A stretch of DNA of 64,000 nt from Candidatus Heimdallarchaeum endolithica (GCA_021513715.1 CP084167.1:640001-704000), one strand, 5' to 3'; counted from the first letter of the stretch, positions 33,278 to 44,506 are shown. The notes: generated by a model not told the origin, from the sequence alone. Translations and numbers: made by a program.

Positions 33278-33502
33278 TTTTTAATTTTTCTCAAATTAAT
33301 ACTGTTTCAATTAATTTCAATATTCAAATAAAAAAGTAGGTCTGAAGATTGTTTATATCAAATAACTTTTTGGAATGTTGTTAAGCAATTCATTTTATAA
33401 TTGAATGATATAAGCTTTATCACATAATTTTTATCAAAAAAATCACACATTAATAATTTTAAAATAGAAAAACCTTAAATTTACTTCGTTTATACATAAT
33501 TT

Positions 33503-34288
33503 ATGGGAAAAGCTGAAAAAGATTATATTGATCAACTAGATGCCCAGTACAAACGTCAATCTGTATGGACAAAAGATTATAGAAATAGGATCTATCGTCA
33601 GATTGGGATTAAAGGAGCTAGAAGAGTACTTGAAGTTGGTTGTGGAACAGGAACAATAACCAAAGAAATACGTGAAAAAACTTCTGCCCAAATAACTGCA
33701 ATAGATAGAGATCATTTAGTTATTGCCACTGCACAAGAAAATATTACAGATGTAGAATTTTATCGTATGAGCGTTGAAAAGATGTCTTTTCGAGACGAAA
33801 CTTTTAATATTGTTTTGTGCAACTATTTCTTTATGTGGCTTGATAAACCTTTCAAGTCTCTTATGGAAATGGTTAGGGTTTGTAAAACAGGGGGATACAT
33901 AGTCGCTCTTGCAGAACCTGATTATGGAGGGTGGATAGAACACCCTGATTTTGGTTTAGGAAAGCAACACATTGAAGGAATTAAAAAACAAGGTGCGGAC
34001 CCTTTTGTGGGAAGAAAAATTCTTTCTCTGTTTGAATCTGCAGGATTAGAAACAAATATCTCTGTTGTGGCAAATGTGTGGGAAAAGGAAAGGTTATTAG
34101 AACAAATCAAGAATGAGTGGAAACTTGTTTTAGAAACAGAACAGATAACTGATGAAGAGTACCAAGAGATAATGAAAAAAGAAGTAAAAACGATAGAAGA
34201 GAACATGAGAATGATTTTCTTACCTATATTTTCTGCGGTAGGCAAAAAAGTAAGATGTGTACAAGAACCAAAAACCACTTCTTCATAA
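33503..34288 (+). CDS. Class I SAM-dependent methyltransferase
   Basis: VLEVGCGTG, M.RV.K.GG and EPD motifs. Confidence 0.9.
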   Translation: MGKAEKDYIDQLDAQYKRQSVWTKDYRNRIYRQIGIKGARRVLEVGCGTGTITKEIREKTSAQITAIDRDHLVIATAQENITDVEFYRMSVEKMSFRDETFNIVLCNYFFMWLDKPFKSLMEMVRVCKTGGYIVALAEPDYGGWIEHPDFGLGKQHIEGIKKQGADPFVGRKILSLFESAGLETNISVVANVWEKERLLEQIKNEWKLVLETEQITDEEYQEIMKKEVKTIEENMRMIFLPIFSAVGKKVRCVQEPKTTSS

Positions 34289-34367
34289 ATTCTTTTTTTT
34301 TCAAATCATATTTAACTACAACTTGATTACAAAGGATTTTTTAATAATAAATATAATTAGAAGTTAA

Positions 34368-35057
34368 ATGGATAATATTTCACTATTCTTCTTAATTTTA
34401 TTTGCTGTAGTGTCGATTTTGCATATTATCGGAGAGTTTACAATTGATCTAAAGAACAAACGAAATACTATTTTGAACTCAATTACCAAACTTCTTATTA
34501 TCCCATCGTTATTAGTTTTTTACATCATTTCAGTAATTTCAATATATCCCTTTATAGTCTCTGCTTTAGTTTCAGGGTTCTTGGGAGATTTATTTTTACT
34601 TTTACAAAGAATATATAGAAAAGAACGATTCTTCTATTTAGGACTAGGTTCTTTTGGTCTTGGACATATTTTCTACACTTCTAACTTCATTATTTTATCT
34701 TCTTTCCACGATTTTAGATGCTATTCTATTTTTCTTACATTTCCATTTCTTTTAGCAGGAATAACAATAGCTAAAATTCTATTATCACATATTGAAAAGA
34801 AAAAAGAGAAGATTTCAGTAGTTATTTACATTTTACTAACAGTTATTCTAGGAATTGGTTCTTCCTTACTTTTGGCTTCAAGTTATCTAACAGGTGAGTT
34901 ACTAATCTATATTGGAACTATATTTTTTGCTATTTCAGATGGAATGAATGGATATTGCAGATTTGTTAAACAGATAAAATACAAAGAAACTATAATTATG
35001 AGCACTTATATTGTAGCTCAATTTTTAATTATTTATAATATTATAAAAATTGTTTGA
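34368..35057 (+). CDS. YhhN/lysoplasmalogenase-family membrane protein
   Basis: GD..LL, GLGSF..GH..Y, F..SD and M.TY..AQ motifs. Confidence 0.85.
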   Translation: MDNISLFFLILFAVVSILHIIGEFTIDLKNKRNTILNSITKLLIIPSLLVFYIISVISIYPFIVSALVSGFLGDLFLLLQRIYRKERFFYLGLGSFGLGHIFYTSNFIILSSFHDFRCYSIFLTFPFLLAGITIAKILLSHIEKKKEKISVVIYILLTVILGIGSSLLLASSYLTGELLIYIGTIFFAISDGMNGYCRFVKQIKYKETIIMSTYIVAQFLIIYNIIKIV

Positions 35058-35548
35058 CAAAAATGAATATCTCTATTTAAAAATAATTATTATAATATTT
35101 ACTACAAAAAATTGAATTTAGGAATGAGTTAGAGAAAAGAAAGTATATTCGACTGGAAAAGAAAAAGGATCAAAATATTTTATAATAATAAGGAGTTTTT
35201 TCACTTTCTTTTTCTGATTAACATTTCTGGTTCTCACAATTATCTATCTTGTGATTGTGAAAAACTTGAAAAATTCTATTCATAAAAACCTTTAGTAATA
35301 GAAACATAATGTACAAAAAGTTTATTGAAAATTCTTACAATAATATCAGTCTTTCTTTCGATATAGTCTACTTTATTTTCTTCACCTAATTTTTTGTTTA
35401 CTTTCAAAAATAAAAAAATAGAAAAAAATAATTTTAAGTTATTAGAAAAAAAGTAATTGTTTCTTTGACTTATTACTTTTAATTAACCCTATCTTATTTT
35501 AATAATAACTTTATATATTAAAATCTTCTACCTACTAGAAATCACAAG

Positions 35549-36703
35549 GTGAAAAAGGTGTCAACCAAAAGTAATGAAAATCAAGTTGTATCCACTCAAA
35601 CCAGTGAGAATACAAACATTTTGCGTTTACCAGCAGAAAAGAAGTACGAAAAAGAGTTAGAGTTTCTTCATTCTATTGATAAAGGCAAGAAGCCAACAAA
35701 TTGGTACCTTTCTCCTCAGATGTTACGAACTTTTATTTTGGGTTCAAATGAACACAATATGAAAATAGAAAAAAAGTTTTACGGCGATCAGAGTTTAGTA
35801 GAAAGAGCAATAGTTACATTAGCGAGTGATAGGGGATTATTACTTATAGGTGATCCTGGTACAGGAAAATCTTGGTTAGCAGAACTTCTTGCAGCAGGAA
35901 TAAGTAGAAATTCTACTCTTGTTGTACAAGGGACTGCTGCTACTACAGAAGACCAAATAAAATACTCATGGAATATCGCTTCAGTAATAGCTTCTGGCCA
36001 ATCTCTTGAAACTCTTATTCCATCTCCAATAATGCAAGCTATGGAAAAAGGATGTATTGGACGTTTTGAGGAACTTACTCGTTGTACTTCAGATGTACAG
36101 GATTCTCTTATTTCTATTCTTTCAGAAAAATATATTTCTATTCCTGAACTTTCTGAGCAAATTGTCCATGCAAAAGAAGGGTTCAATGTTATTGCAACTG
36201 CTAACAGTAGAGATAAAGGAGTAAATGATCTTTCCTCTGCATTAAAACGGAGATTCAATTTTGTAACAATACCGATAGTAACGGATACAAAAACTGAGAA
36301 AAACATAATCAACTTCCGAATCAAGGATCTAATGGAAAAGAAAGGTCTAAGTACATCAGTTCCACAACCACTAATTGATATTTTATTAGAAACTTTCAAC
36401 GCTCTTCGAGATACAAATAAATCAAAAAAGAATGAAAATGAAAGACTTGAATCTTCTCTCTCAACAGCAGAACAAATAGGTATCTTAGAAGATGCGCTCT
36501 TACAATCGATATTTTTCACGGAGTACACTCAAGAGCAAGCACTAGCTCGTTCAATAATTGGAGGTTTAACTAGACGTTTGCCTGAAGATCTTACGCTCAT
36601 GAACAAGTTTTGGCATTCTGTTGTCAAAGAAAAAAGTCAAAAGTCTGAAAACTGGAAAAAGTATTTCTCTGAAGGAAAGAAAACAATAAAGACTTTTACA
36701 TGA
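35549..36703 (+). CDS. MoxR-type AAA+ ATPase (YehL-like)
   Basis: LRLPAE..Y, GDPGTGKS, FEELTR, ATAN.RDKGVN and SSALKRRFNF motifs. Confidence 0.9.
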   Translation: MKKVSTKSNENQVVSTQTSENTNILRLPAEKKYEKELEFLHSIDKGKKPTNWYLSPQMLRTFILGSNEHNMKIEKKFYGDQSLVERAIVTLASDRGLLLIGDPGTGKSWLAELLAAGISRNSTLVVQGTAATTEDQIKYSWNIASVIASGQSLETLIPSPIMQAMEKGCIGRFEELTRCTSDVQDSLISILSEKYISIPELSEQIVHAKEGFNVIATANSRDKGVNDLSSALKRRFNFVTIPIVTDTKTEKNIINFRIKDLMEKKGLSTSVPQPLIDILLETFNALRDTNKSKKNENERLESSLSTAEQIGILEDALLQSIFFTEYTQEQALARSIIGGLTRRLPEDLTLMNKFWHSVVKEKSQKSENWKKYFSEGKKTIKTFT

Positions 36704-36719
36704 ACAGAGGTAGGTATTA

Positions 36720-39653
36720 ATGGCAACAAGTGGCTCCTCTTCAATTTCGGAACAACTTGATACAAATAAAAGTCTCTTAAAGCAACTGATAGAGGTGTCA
36801 AAGGAAATTGAGAAAGAAAAACAATCAAATTCTGTTGAAATTTTTTTAAAGACAATAATCAAAGATATCAAAAGAGTAGAAAATGAAACATTAGAGATTA
36901 TTCCTGTTTCACATTACTCTCTTTCTTCTGCTGTTCATGTATGGCAGAGATTATCAGAAAAAAAACCTAAGGTTATATTTCTTGAAGCACCAGAGGATTT
37001 TGAGAGAGAATTGGAAAATATAAAATATTGCACCCCTCCTGTAGCTTTTCAAGGAATATTAGTCAAAACAGAAGAAATTGACCATGTGTTCTTGCCTATT
37101 AACTCTTATACAATCGTTTCAGAAGCTTCTGCAGAATATCAAGCAATAAAATATGCTTTTGAAAACCCAGGAACAGAGCTAATTTTTGTTGATGCTCCTT
37201 GTACTAATCGTGTAAAATGGGAGCAAAAATATCTTGCAACTAAAAAATATAAAGCAAAAAAAGAAGAGATTAATGCTAATAACTACAATTTCATTATTGG
37301 AAACACGATTCCAACAAAAAAGGAATTTCTAATCACACTTCTTGAAAAAACAAATTTCGATGATTATAGTCTTTGGTGGGAACAAGTAGCTGAAAATGCA
37401 CTTTTAGATCTCTCTTATGATAATTATAGATATGTAATGGTTTTATTAGGGAGTGTTTTTCGTCGCTCTGGTTCTGATGATAAATTAGAAATAATTAGTT
37501 CTCTAAGAGATAAATTCATGTGGAATAAAATTAAAAGTGTGATAAATTCAAAAAAACTTCAACCAGAAGACTGTGTTTTTATTTGTGGAGCAGCACATGC
37601 AATTGCAACAGTTGAAGAATGGGGAATGAAAGGAATAAAGAAAAAAAATAGACGCAGTAGAAAATCAGAATGGAAATACGGAATAAATCAAGTCGACTAC
37701 AATTTAATAGATCAAATTGCTAATAAAACTCCTGGTTCCACTTCTGAAATACATGCGAAGTGGGATGCAATAAAGAGATCTGTTTACAAAAATAAAAAAG
37801 AAGAAATAACTTTAGAACTAGACAAGTATAATCAAGCTGTTCATGATAAAATACTCACTTGGGCTTCTGAAACAGTGAAAAAAGCGAGAAAAGCAGGTTA
37901 TATTACTAGCCCTGCAGACAGTATTGCAATTGTAGAGCTTACATACGCTCTTAAAGAAATTAGAAATAGAGCACGAATCACACCACGAGAATTTATTGAT
38001 GCGGCAGTTACAAGTATTCAAAAAAACGATTTATATCTTCAACCAGTAGAGGAACTAATTGATGAATACATATTTCCTAATGTTTTAGGAAAAGTAGGGT
38101 ATAAAGCCTTGCCAAGCTTGGCAAAAGATGTTTTTGATCGACTTTCTATCTTAAAAATTTCAAGAGATTCAAACAGAGTTCAAAGAGTGCTATTAGATTT
38201 AGATAAACAACCAGAACTCAAACCTGTTTCTGATTTACTCTGGATGTTAAAACACATGAATATTAATGTTGTTCCAATTGCTGGAAAAAAAACCCTTGGA
38301 AAACATATTAAACAAGAATCATGGGATTTATACATCTACAAAAACAAAAACCCTCTGATTTGGCTTTCATTAGAAGGAATATCAGTAGAAGAAGTTTTTC
38401 GTTCCCGAATAACGAAAAAAGTGAAAAAAGATCCTTCAATTTTATCTATTTTAGAAGCTATAAAATCGGTACTTACTTATTTGAATTATAAGGATATATT
38501 ATTATTCACTCTCTCTAATTTACTATTTTCTAATCTTGAAGGTATAATATTTGAAGATCAAAAAAAACTATATTCTTTAACTTTAGAGCTTTTAAACTAC
38601 TTAAGAACTCTCAAAGAAGGTATCCCAAAATGGTTTATCTATTACATTGTTAGTTCTTACAGACAATATTGTCAAGAGCTAGTTAAAGCAGCAGCAGATA
38701 ACTCAATCTCTGCAGAACAGTTTTCCATGATTTTCTCTTTCATTTTCAAAATCGAAGGAATAGCCCTAACAGAAGGAGCAAGTAGAGAAGAATTAGAAAT
38801 AGCAATCAAACTAACTCTTGACTTGGATGAAATTCCTGAAAATAAGAAAATTATAGCTTTAGCTGCTAATAGTTTGCTTAAGCAAGAAAATGAAAAAGAA
38901 CTAAGACAAATTATATCAAAGGTCTTCTGGAATCCACAAATTATTCAATCAGCTTCAGAAATTGTTTTAGCTTTAGTATATTCTTCAAATTTTGCTCCCA
39001 ACCTAATATTTCTTTTTATAGAATTCTTAGACCAATGTTTTCGAAGATTGAGCGATAATCTTATCTCTCAGTGGTTACCACTATTGACTTCACAAATGAA
39101 AAAGTTAGATCAAAACTATGTTATACAAATCGCTCAAATAGTCAAGAGGTATTATAATCGAGATCTCAAACAAATTGAAGTAATGAATGTTTGGTACGAT
39201 GAAAGTTTATATGCCACGATAACAGACAGAAGAGAAAGAGAAACAGAGATAGCAATTGAAACTGAAAATATTATTATATCTACTAACTTTATTCATAATT
39301 TTATTTATGCTTTTCCAGAAACACTTAACCAACTTTGCTTACTATTAGGTTTTGAACAAATAAAACAATTTCCACTATTTAGTCAATCAACTACTTCAAT
39401 TAGTTCAATTGAAAAAACAGTAGAAAAAGAGATTCCACTTATTACAAGAATTCTAATTAAGAATCCTGCAACAATAATCAATATTAAAAAAATTTTTGAG
39501 ATAAAAAAAGAGTTCACTATCACTAAACAAGATTTGGAAAAATCTAATAAAATTGACAAAGAAAAAGAAGATCTAAAGACATGTGACTCTCCATTTTCTA
39601 TTTTAAAATCTCATTCTCAAACCCTTGAGAAAACTAGTGAATTATTAAGGTGA
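36720..39653 (+). CDS. DUF5682/YehM-like protein
   Basis: PVSHYS..SA, LEAPED, SAEYQA..YA, RD.FMW and CGAAH motifs; follows the AAA gene. Confidence 0.75.
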   Translation: MATSGSSSISEQLDTNKSLLKQLIEVSKEIEKEKQSNSVEIFLKTIIKDIKRVENETLEIIPVSHYSLSSAVHVWQRLSEKKPKVIFLEAPEDFERELENIKYCTPPVAFQGILVKTEEIDHVFLPINSYTIVSEASAEYQAIKYAFENPGTELIFVDAPCTNRVKWEQKYLATKKYKAKKEEINANNYNFIIGNTIPTKKEFLITLLEKTNFDDYSLWWEQVAENALLDLSYDNYRYVMVLLGSVFRRSGSDDKLEIISSLRDKFMWNKIKSVINSKKLQPEDCVFICGAAHAIATVEEWGMKGIKKKNRRSRKSEWKYGINQVDYNLIDQIANKTPGSTSEIHAKWDAIKRSVYKNKKEEITLELDKYNQAVHDKILTWASETVKKARKAGYITSPADSIAIVELTYALKEIRNRARITPREFIDAAVTSIQKNDLYLQPVEELIDEYIFPNVLGKVGYKALPSLAKDVFDRLSILKISRDSNRVQRVLLDLDKQPELKPVSDLLWMLKHMNINVVPIAGKKTLGKHIKQESWDLYIYKNKNPLIWLSLEGISVEEVFRSRITKKVKKDPSILSILEAIKSVLTYLNYKDILLFTLSNLLFSNLEGIIFEDQKKLYSLTLELLNYLRTLKEGIPKWFIYYIVSSYRQYCQELVKAAADNSISAEQFSMIFSFIFKIEGIALTEGASREELEIAIKLTLDLDEIPENKKIIALAANSLLKQENEKELRQIISKVFWNPQIIQSASEIVLALVYSSNFAPNLIFLFIEFLDQCFRRLSDNLISQWLPLLTSQMKKLDQNYVIQIAQIVKRYYNRDLKQIEVMNVWYDESLYATITDRRERETEIAIETENIIISTNFIHNFIYAFPETLNQLCLLLGFEQIKQFPLFSQSTTSISSIEKTVEKEIPLITRILIKNPATIINIKKIFEIKKEFTITKQDLEKSNKIDKEKEDLKTCDSPFSILKSHSQTLEKTSELLR

Positions 39654-39660
39654 AAAAATA

Positions 39661-40140
39661 ATGGGTAATAAAATAATAGAAGAAAAAGAAGAAAAAAACA
39701 ATTTTTATCTTTCTATTATCCCTAGAAATACACCTCCTAGAAGAAATTATAAAATCAAAAAAGTCCCTTTTATGGAGTTTAGAGATAACAAAATTCAAGG
39801 AGTAGTTTCTAGCGGAAGTAGTTTTGAACGAGTATATGTTTGTGTTATAAATCTAGAAGACAAAACATTTACATGCCACACAAACAACAATCGTCCTTGT
39901 GGAGGACTAAGAGAAAGAATGTGTAGTCACATCAAAGCTCTACTTGATGTAGCACTACGCAATCAGGAAACTGAATTACTGTTTATGCAATACGATTTTG
40001 ACTTTTTTGACCCTGATGGAAGTAGACGCTATTCTGATGTTTTTACTCGCTTTCAAGAACAATTACATTTTCTAGAAATTAAAATGGATGAGAAAGAAAA
40101 TTTTCCTGAAATGAATTGGTTTGTAGGTGATTTATCATGA
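39661..40140 (+). CDS. SWIM-like zinc-finger protein
   Basis: GVVSSGS...RVY and C.TNNNRPCGGL....CSH. Confidence 0.7.
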   Translation: MGNKIIEEKEEKNNFYLSIIPRNTPPRRNYKIKKVPFMEFRDNKIQGVVSSGSSFERVYVCVINLEDKTFTCHTNNNRPCGGLRERMCSHIKALLDVALRNQETELLFMQYDFDFFDPDGSRRYSDVFTRFQEQLHFLEIKMDEKENFPEMNWFVGDLS

Positions 40141-41447
40141 ACCAAATAATTATTGAAGAAAAGACTCTTGATGAAATAAGAAAAGTTCAATCTGTTTTGC
40201 AAGAACTTAGCGAGATCTTCATGATAGGGCTAGGTAAACTTACCAAGAAAGAAAAAGAAATTTTCGATAAAGTTAATGAAGGTTTTTCGCATACTCCTCT
40301 CTCTGAAGTTCTTGCAAATAGTTTTTCCAAACTCAAAAACTCTGATTTTTCTGAAGATGTTATTACTCCCCTTGTTTATGCTATCTTATCTCTTCAAGGA
40401 GCAATATATGATGCTTTATTCACTACTGTAGGTGAAGAAAGAACATTTACAGAAATAGGTAAAGTAGAATATTACGATTTTTCACAAGAAAAAGCTGTTC
40501 TTATGGAAAATATAAGAAAATGGTTAATTAGCTTACTCATTAGCGGATTTAAAGATTTACAACTAGATAATATAGATTCGTTTTCCTCTGTGCTTGAAAC
40601 AATTTCCTCATATCCTGAATTAACCCGATTAAATGTCTTGTTGCGAGGATTAATCTGCGATTTTAAATTTACACAGAATAAAAAAGAACTAAAAAAATAT
40701 GCTATTCGATTTCTGGATCTTTGGACAAAAAGTTATTTTCTCACTTTAATGGAAATAAAAACTAAAAATAAACGAATTGAAAATGCTAAATTCTATCCCA
40801 TAGCCTATCAACACTTCATCCACGAACAATTCTTTGTAGGAATAATTAGAGGAATTGTACAAACAAAGGATAACAGTCTATTTGTTAATTTAGAATTTCC
40901 TAGTTTTGTATCACCTCTTATTCCATCAAAAGAGTTTTACAGCTTAATCTATAAAAACAATGAAGAACTTTTTACTGCTCTTAAGCAATCCAAGGTTGTG
41001 ATTATTGAAGAAGCTTCTCTAAGTCCTCAAGGAGTAATGCACATAGAAAAATTTACAGTTTCTGATAAATCATTCAATATTAAAGAAGTTTATGAGAATA
41101 CAAATAATTTCAAAGATATCTATTTAATAAAAAAACCTTCTTTGGATAGACATCATGTACATTACTTTCTACCATTTTTTATCGAAGAAAAACTGCCAAA
41201 ATTGAGTACCACAGAGGACACTAAAATTAAATTTAGAAACAATAAATTCAAAAAAAATTCAAAACATTTTAAAAAACCTAAATTTGTTGAACTTCGTTAC
41301 GATAACGATTTCTATTGGAATATAATTCAATTTTATTTACCAAAGTTTCCAGAAGAAATTTTGTATTTTGAAACAAAAAATATCAAAATTAAAACAGAAA
41401 CTTATGAGCTTATGAAAGAAAAAAGTAGTAAAATACTTAGGAAGTGA
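40137..41447 (+). CDS. Hypothetical protein of the MoxR/VWA operon
   Basis: 436 aa; ATGA overlap with the upstream gene. Confidence 0.7.
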   Translation: MNQIIIEEKTLDEIRKVQSVLQELSEIFMIGLGKLTKKEKEIFDKVNEGFSHTPLSEVLANSFSKLKNSDFSEDVITPLVYAILSLQGAIYDALFTTVGEERTFTEIGKVEYYDFSQEKAVLMENIRKWLISLLISGFKDLQLDNIDSFSSVLETISSYPELTRLNVLLRGLICDFKFTQNKKELKKYAIRFLDLWTKSYFLTLMEIKTKNKRIENAKFYPIAYQHFIHEQFFVGIIRGIVQTKDNSLFVNLEFPSFVSPLIPSKEFYSLIYKNNEELFTALKQSKVVIIEEASLSPQGVMHIEKFTVSDKSFNIKEVYENTNNFKDIYLIKKPSLDRHHVHYFLPFFIEEKLPKLSTTEDTKIKFRNNKFKKNSKHFKKPKFVELRYDNDFYWNIIQFYLPKFPEEILYFETKNIKIKTETYELMKEKSSKILRK

Positions 41448-41451
41448 ATAA

Positions 41452-43062
41452 ATGTCTTTAAAGAGCCATAATATAAAAGCTGCAACATATTGGAATACAC
41501 TATTAAGTTCGATTAACAGCAAAAATAAATTAGAAAATATTATCCCTAAACTTTGCAAAGAAAACGGGCTTCCTCAAAACTTTCTAGAACAAAACTTTGA
41601 TTTTAAAGATCTTACTCTTCCTGAAGAAAAACAATCAGAAGAAATTCAACAATTTCAAAAGCTTCTTGAAGAAAAACGAATAGATTTCAAGAATTCTTCT
41701 CTAAATCAAATTATTAAGCAAATTATGACGATGAGAGAAGAACAAAATCCAGAGGATAAAAAAACAAGTTCTTCCTCTTCCAACTTTACGAATCTTCAAC
41801 GTCTTGTTTTTTCTAAAGTATTTCAAGAAATTTTTCAACCTGTACAAAAATCTAAAGTAACAGCAAATGATTTTTCAGAATGGAAAGAAAATAAACAACT
41901 TTGTCAAGAAGCATTCGAAGAAATTACTCAAATAGAAGTAGAATTAGAAAAACAAAAACATTCAAAGAAAGATTTGGAAACAACGATTGATGATATTTCA
42001 CTTTCTGAAAAAGAAAAAGAAAAATTAACTGATGAATCACCTATTCCTCTAATTGAAGGAGAAAAAGCCAAAGTTTCATCTAAAAAAGGAAAAGGAAAAC
42101 AAAAGTCTTTAGAGAAATCACCTATTGGAGGAACAGAAAAAGGGCAAGGTTTTTTTGTCGATAGAAGAGAGTTGGAAGAAGTTTTTGATCTTATTGAGAA
42201 TGAAATGATTTCAAAGATGAAAATCATTGAATTATTACAAGACGATGAATTGGCAAAAAAAGTCAGTCCTTCAATAGGTATAGTTGAACAACTTCTTCAT
42301 TTAAAAAAGAGTTTACCTGCTTCTGCCATGACAAATGCTAAAATGATTATAAAAAAATATGTACGAGAAGTATCAGATCTATTTAAAACCAGATTTGATA
42401 AATCGATCAAAAAAGTACCGAATCCTGATATTGTGCCAAAGAAAGTTTTTAGAAATCTAGATCTTCAAAGAACAATCTGGAAGAATTTGCCAAATTATGA
42501 CATACAAGAAAGAAAATTGTACGTAGACCGACTCTATTATCATCGTGCAGGAAAAAAAGAATTACCCTCTAAAGTAGTGATAGTAGTTGACCAAAGCGGT
42601 TCAATGGTAGAAGCAATGGTACAAACTGTCATTCTTGCATCAATATTTGCTCAGTTACCTAAAGTAAATGTAGATTTGCTAGCTTTTGACACAAAAGTAA
42701 TTGATCTAACAAAATATGTTAATGATCCCTTAGAAGCTTTATTAAAAACTAATCTAGGAGGAGGAACATCAATAACTTATGCTTTAAAGGAAGCACAAAA
42801 GAAAATACAAAATCCATCAAAAACAGCTCTAGTATTGATCACTGATTATTATGAAGGAGGAAACGCATATGAAAAACTGTTTAATACAATTAAAGATATC
42901 AAAGATAATGGAACGAAATTCATTTCTATTGCTTCTATGACAAGAAAAGGTTATGTCGACGTCAATAGTAATTTTGTACATGCGTTAAAGAAAGAAGGAA
43001 TAGAGACAATTATGGGAAATTTCGACAGATTAATAGAGTTGTTAAGAAAATATCTGTTGTAA
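41452..43062 (+). CDS. VWA-domain protein (CoxE/YehP-like)
   Basis: MIDAS VDQSGS, GGGT and ITDYYEG motifs. Confidence 0.9.
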   Translation: MSLKSHNIKAATYWNTLLSSINSKNKLENIIPKLCKENGLPQNFLEQNFDFKDLTLPEEKQSEEIQQFQKLLEEKRIDFKNSSLNQIIKQIMTMREEQNPEDKKTSSSSSNFTNLQRLVFSKVFQEIFQPVQKSKVTANDFSEWKENKQLCQEAFEEITQIEVELEKQKHSKKDLETTIDDISLSEKEKEKLTDESPIPLIEGEKAKVSSKKGKGKQKSLEKSPIGGTEKGQGFFVDRRELEEVFDLIENEMISKMKIIELLQDDELAKKVSPSIGIVEQLLHLKKSLPASAMTNAKMIIKKYVREVSDLFKTRFDKSIKKVPNPDIVPKKVFRNLDLQRTIWKNLPNYDIQERKLYVDRLYYHRAGKKELPSKVVIVVDQSGSMVEAMVQTVILASIFAQLPKVNVDLLAFDTKVIDLTKYVNDPLEALLKTNLGGGTSITYALKEAQKKIQNPSKTALVLITDYYEGGNAYEKLFNTIKDIKDNGTKFISIASMTRKGYVDVNSNFVHALKKEGIETIMGNFDRLIELLRKYLL

Positions 43063-43174
43063 ATTGAGTTTGCAAACGTTCTCTTTTTTTGTTCAATTTA
43101 TAATAAAGAAAAATCAATAACATTTCTTTTTTCATTCTAACAACTTTAAATAATACCTTTTTTCGCACAATTCT

Positions 43175-43549
43175 ATGAAAGATCTTGATGAATTTAAAAA
43201 ATTCAGACAAAAAATGAATGAAAAAATCTTTTTCTATGGAAACAAGCAAATAAACAGATTTTTCTCTTTAGACTCTCAATCTTATCGCGAAGGAGCTTTA
43301 ACTGAAAAAGTGAAAGAACTTTTAGGTTTAGCTACATCTACTGTTTTAAGATGTGAAGATTGTATTACATATCATATTATTCGTGCTGTTCAAGTTGGAT
43401 GTTCAGACGAAGAGATAATAGAAACACTAGAAATAGCTTTGATCGTTGGAGGTTCAATAGTTATACCTGAACTACGAAGAGCAGTATCTACGTTAGAAGA
43501 ACTAAGAGAAAGACAAAAGAAAGGAATAAACATTGATGAACTTGTTTAA
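43175..43549 (+). CDS. Carboxymuconolactone decarboxylase/AhpD-family protein
   Basis: GAL..K.KEL and RCEDCITYH motifs. Confidence 0.9.
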   Translation: MKDLDEFKKFRQKMNEKIFFYGNKQINRFFSLDSQSYREGALTEKVKELLGLATSTVLRCEDCITYHIIRAVQVGCSDEEIIETLEIALIVGGSIVIPELRRAVSTLEELRERQKKGINIDELV

Positions 43550-43617
43550 TAATTTTCCATTTTTTGTCTAATTTCTTTTGTTAAAATTAAGAACAATACA
43601 AGTAATAGTAGCTTTAG

Positions 43618-44148
43618 TTAACTATAAGTTTTTAACTTATCTAACTCTTGATGTAACAAAGTTTTAGCTTCTAGATTTTTTGAATTGATTCTTAAAGCTT
43701 TTTGAAAACATCTAATAGCTTCTTCTCCAGCAAGAACTTTACCCAGGCTTATCCAATCGCTCTCAGATTGGGGTTTTTGGTCACCTAACACGAATTTTAA
43801 ACCTTCTTGAGGTTTACCAAAATCAACAAAGACTACATGTTGTTGGATAAGTCCTGTAGATTGGACATTAGGTAATATTGTTTTCAGCAGTGTTTCTTTG
43901 TAAGTTGGCTCTTGATGTTTCTTAGAAACTAACCAATACCACTCAGTGACTTCATCTTTTATCTTAGTAACTAGAATATGAGATTTGTATTTTACTTCAG
44001 TTTTGCATTTTGGGCACTTGTAGACATTTATTTTTCCATTCAAGATCTGCTTTAATCTAAATGGTTCCTCGTTCAAATTTATAGATGAGCAAGCTCGAAT
44101 TTCAAACTCTTTCGAGCAATTTGGACAAATGATAACCTCTTTTTCCAT
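43618..44148 (-). CDS. CpXC zinc-ribbon protein with C-terminal TPR-like helices
   Basis: CPNC...CPKC; EAIRCFQKALRIN. Confidence 0.75.
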   Translation of the reverse strand: MEKEVIICPNCSKEFEIRACSSINLNEEPFRLKQILNGKINVYKCPKCKTEVKYKSHILVTKIKDEVTEWYWLVSKKHQEPTYKETLLKTILPNVQSTGLIQQHVVFVDFGKPQEGLKFVLGDQKPQSESDWISLGKVLAGEEAIRCFQKALRINSKNLEAKTLLHQELDKLKTYS

Positions 44149-44238
44149 TGAGCCCCCCTTTTTCAGACTCTAAATATAACATATATAGATTAAGTTTATA
44201 AATCTACTTATTTACAAAAAACCAGTTAGTTTATTGCA

Positions 44239-44383
44239 AAAATATGGCTTCTTAAGACTTATAGCAGCCATATTTTAAATTTGATATCTTTCTTTTGTCT
44301 ATTTTTTCTTCGACAGAAAAAAAAAATGTCTATATTTTTCATAGACACATTTTTTTCTCACATTTTTTTCTCACATTTTTTTC
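44239..44383. repeat. Intergenic hairpins plus a 13-bp tandem repeat
   Basis: AAAATATGGCT/AGCCATATTTT inverted repeat (44239-44276); CACATTTTTTTCT about 3 times (44346-44383). Confidence 0.7.
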
Positions 44384-44506
44384 AAAGAGTAATTACGCAT
44401 TTGATTACCATTTTTGTATTTTAAATATGTATTAAGTTTTCTTGAAATAAAAAACAATATTTCTGTTACAGAAAAAATCTTTTTATACTGAAAAGTCTCT
44501 TTTAAA

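Noticed and set aside
35788-36528. 246-aa minus-strand ORF (likewise 48850-49434, 23466-23978, 33922-34278, 63219-63434, 63708-63902)
   Set aside because: Antisense to well-supported genes and lacking motifs.
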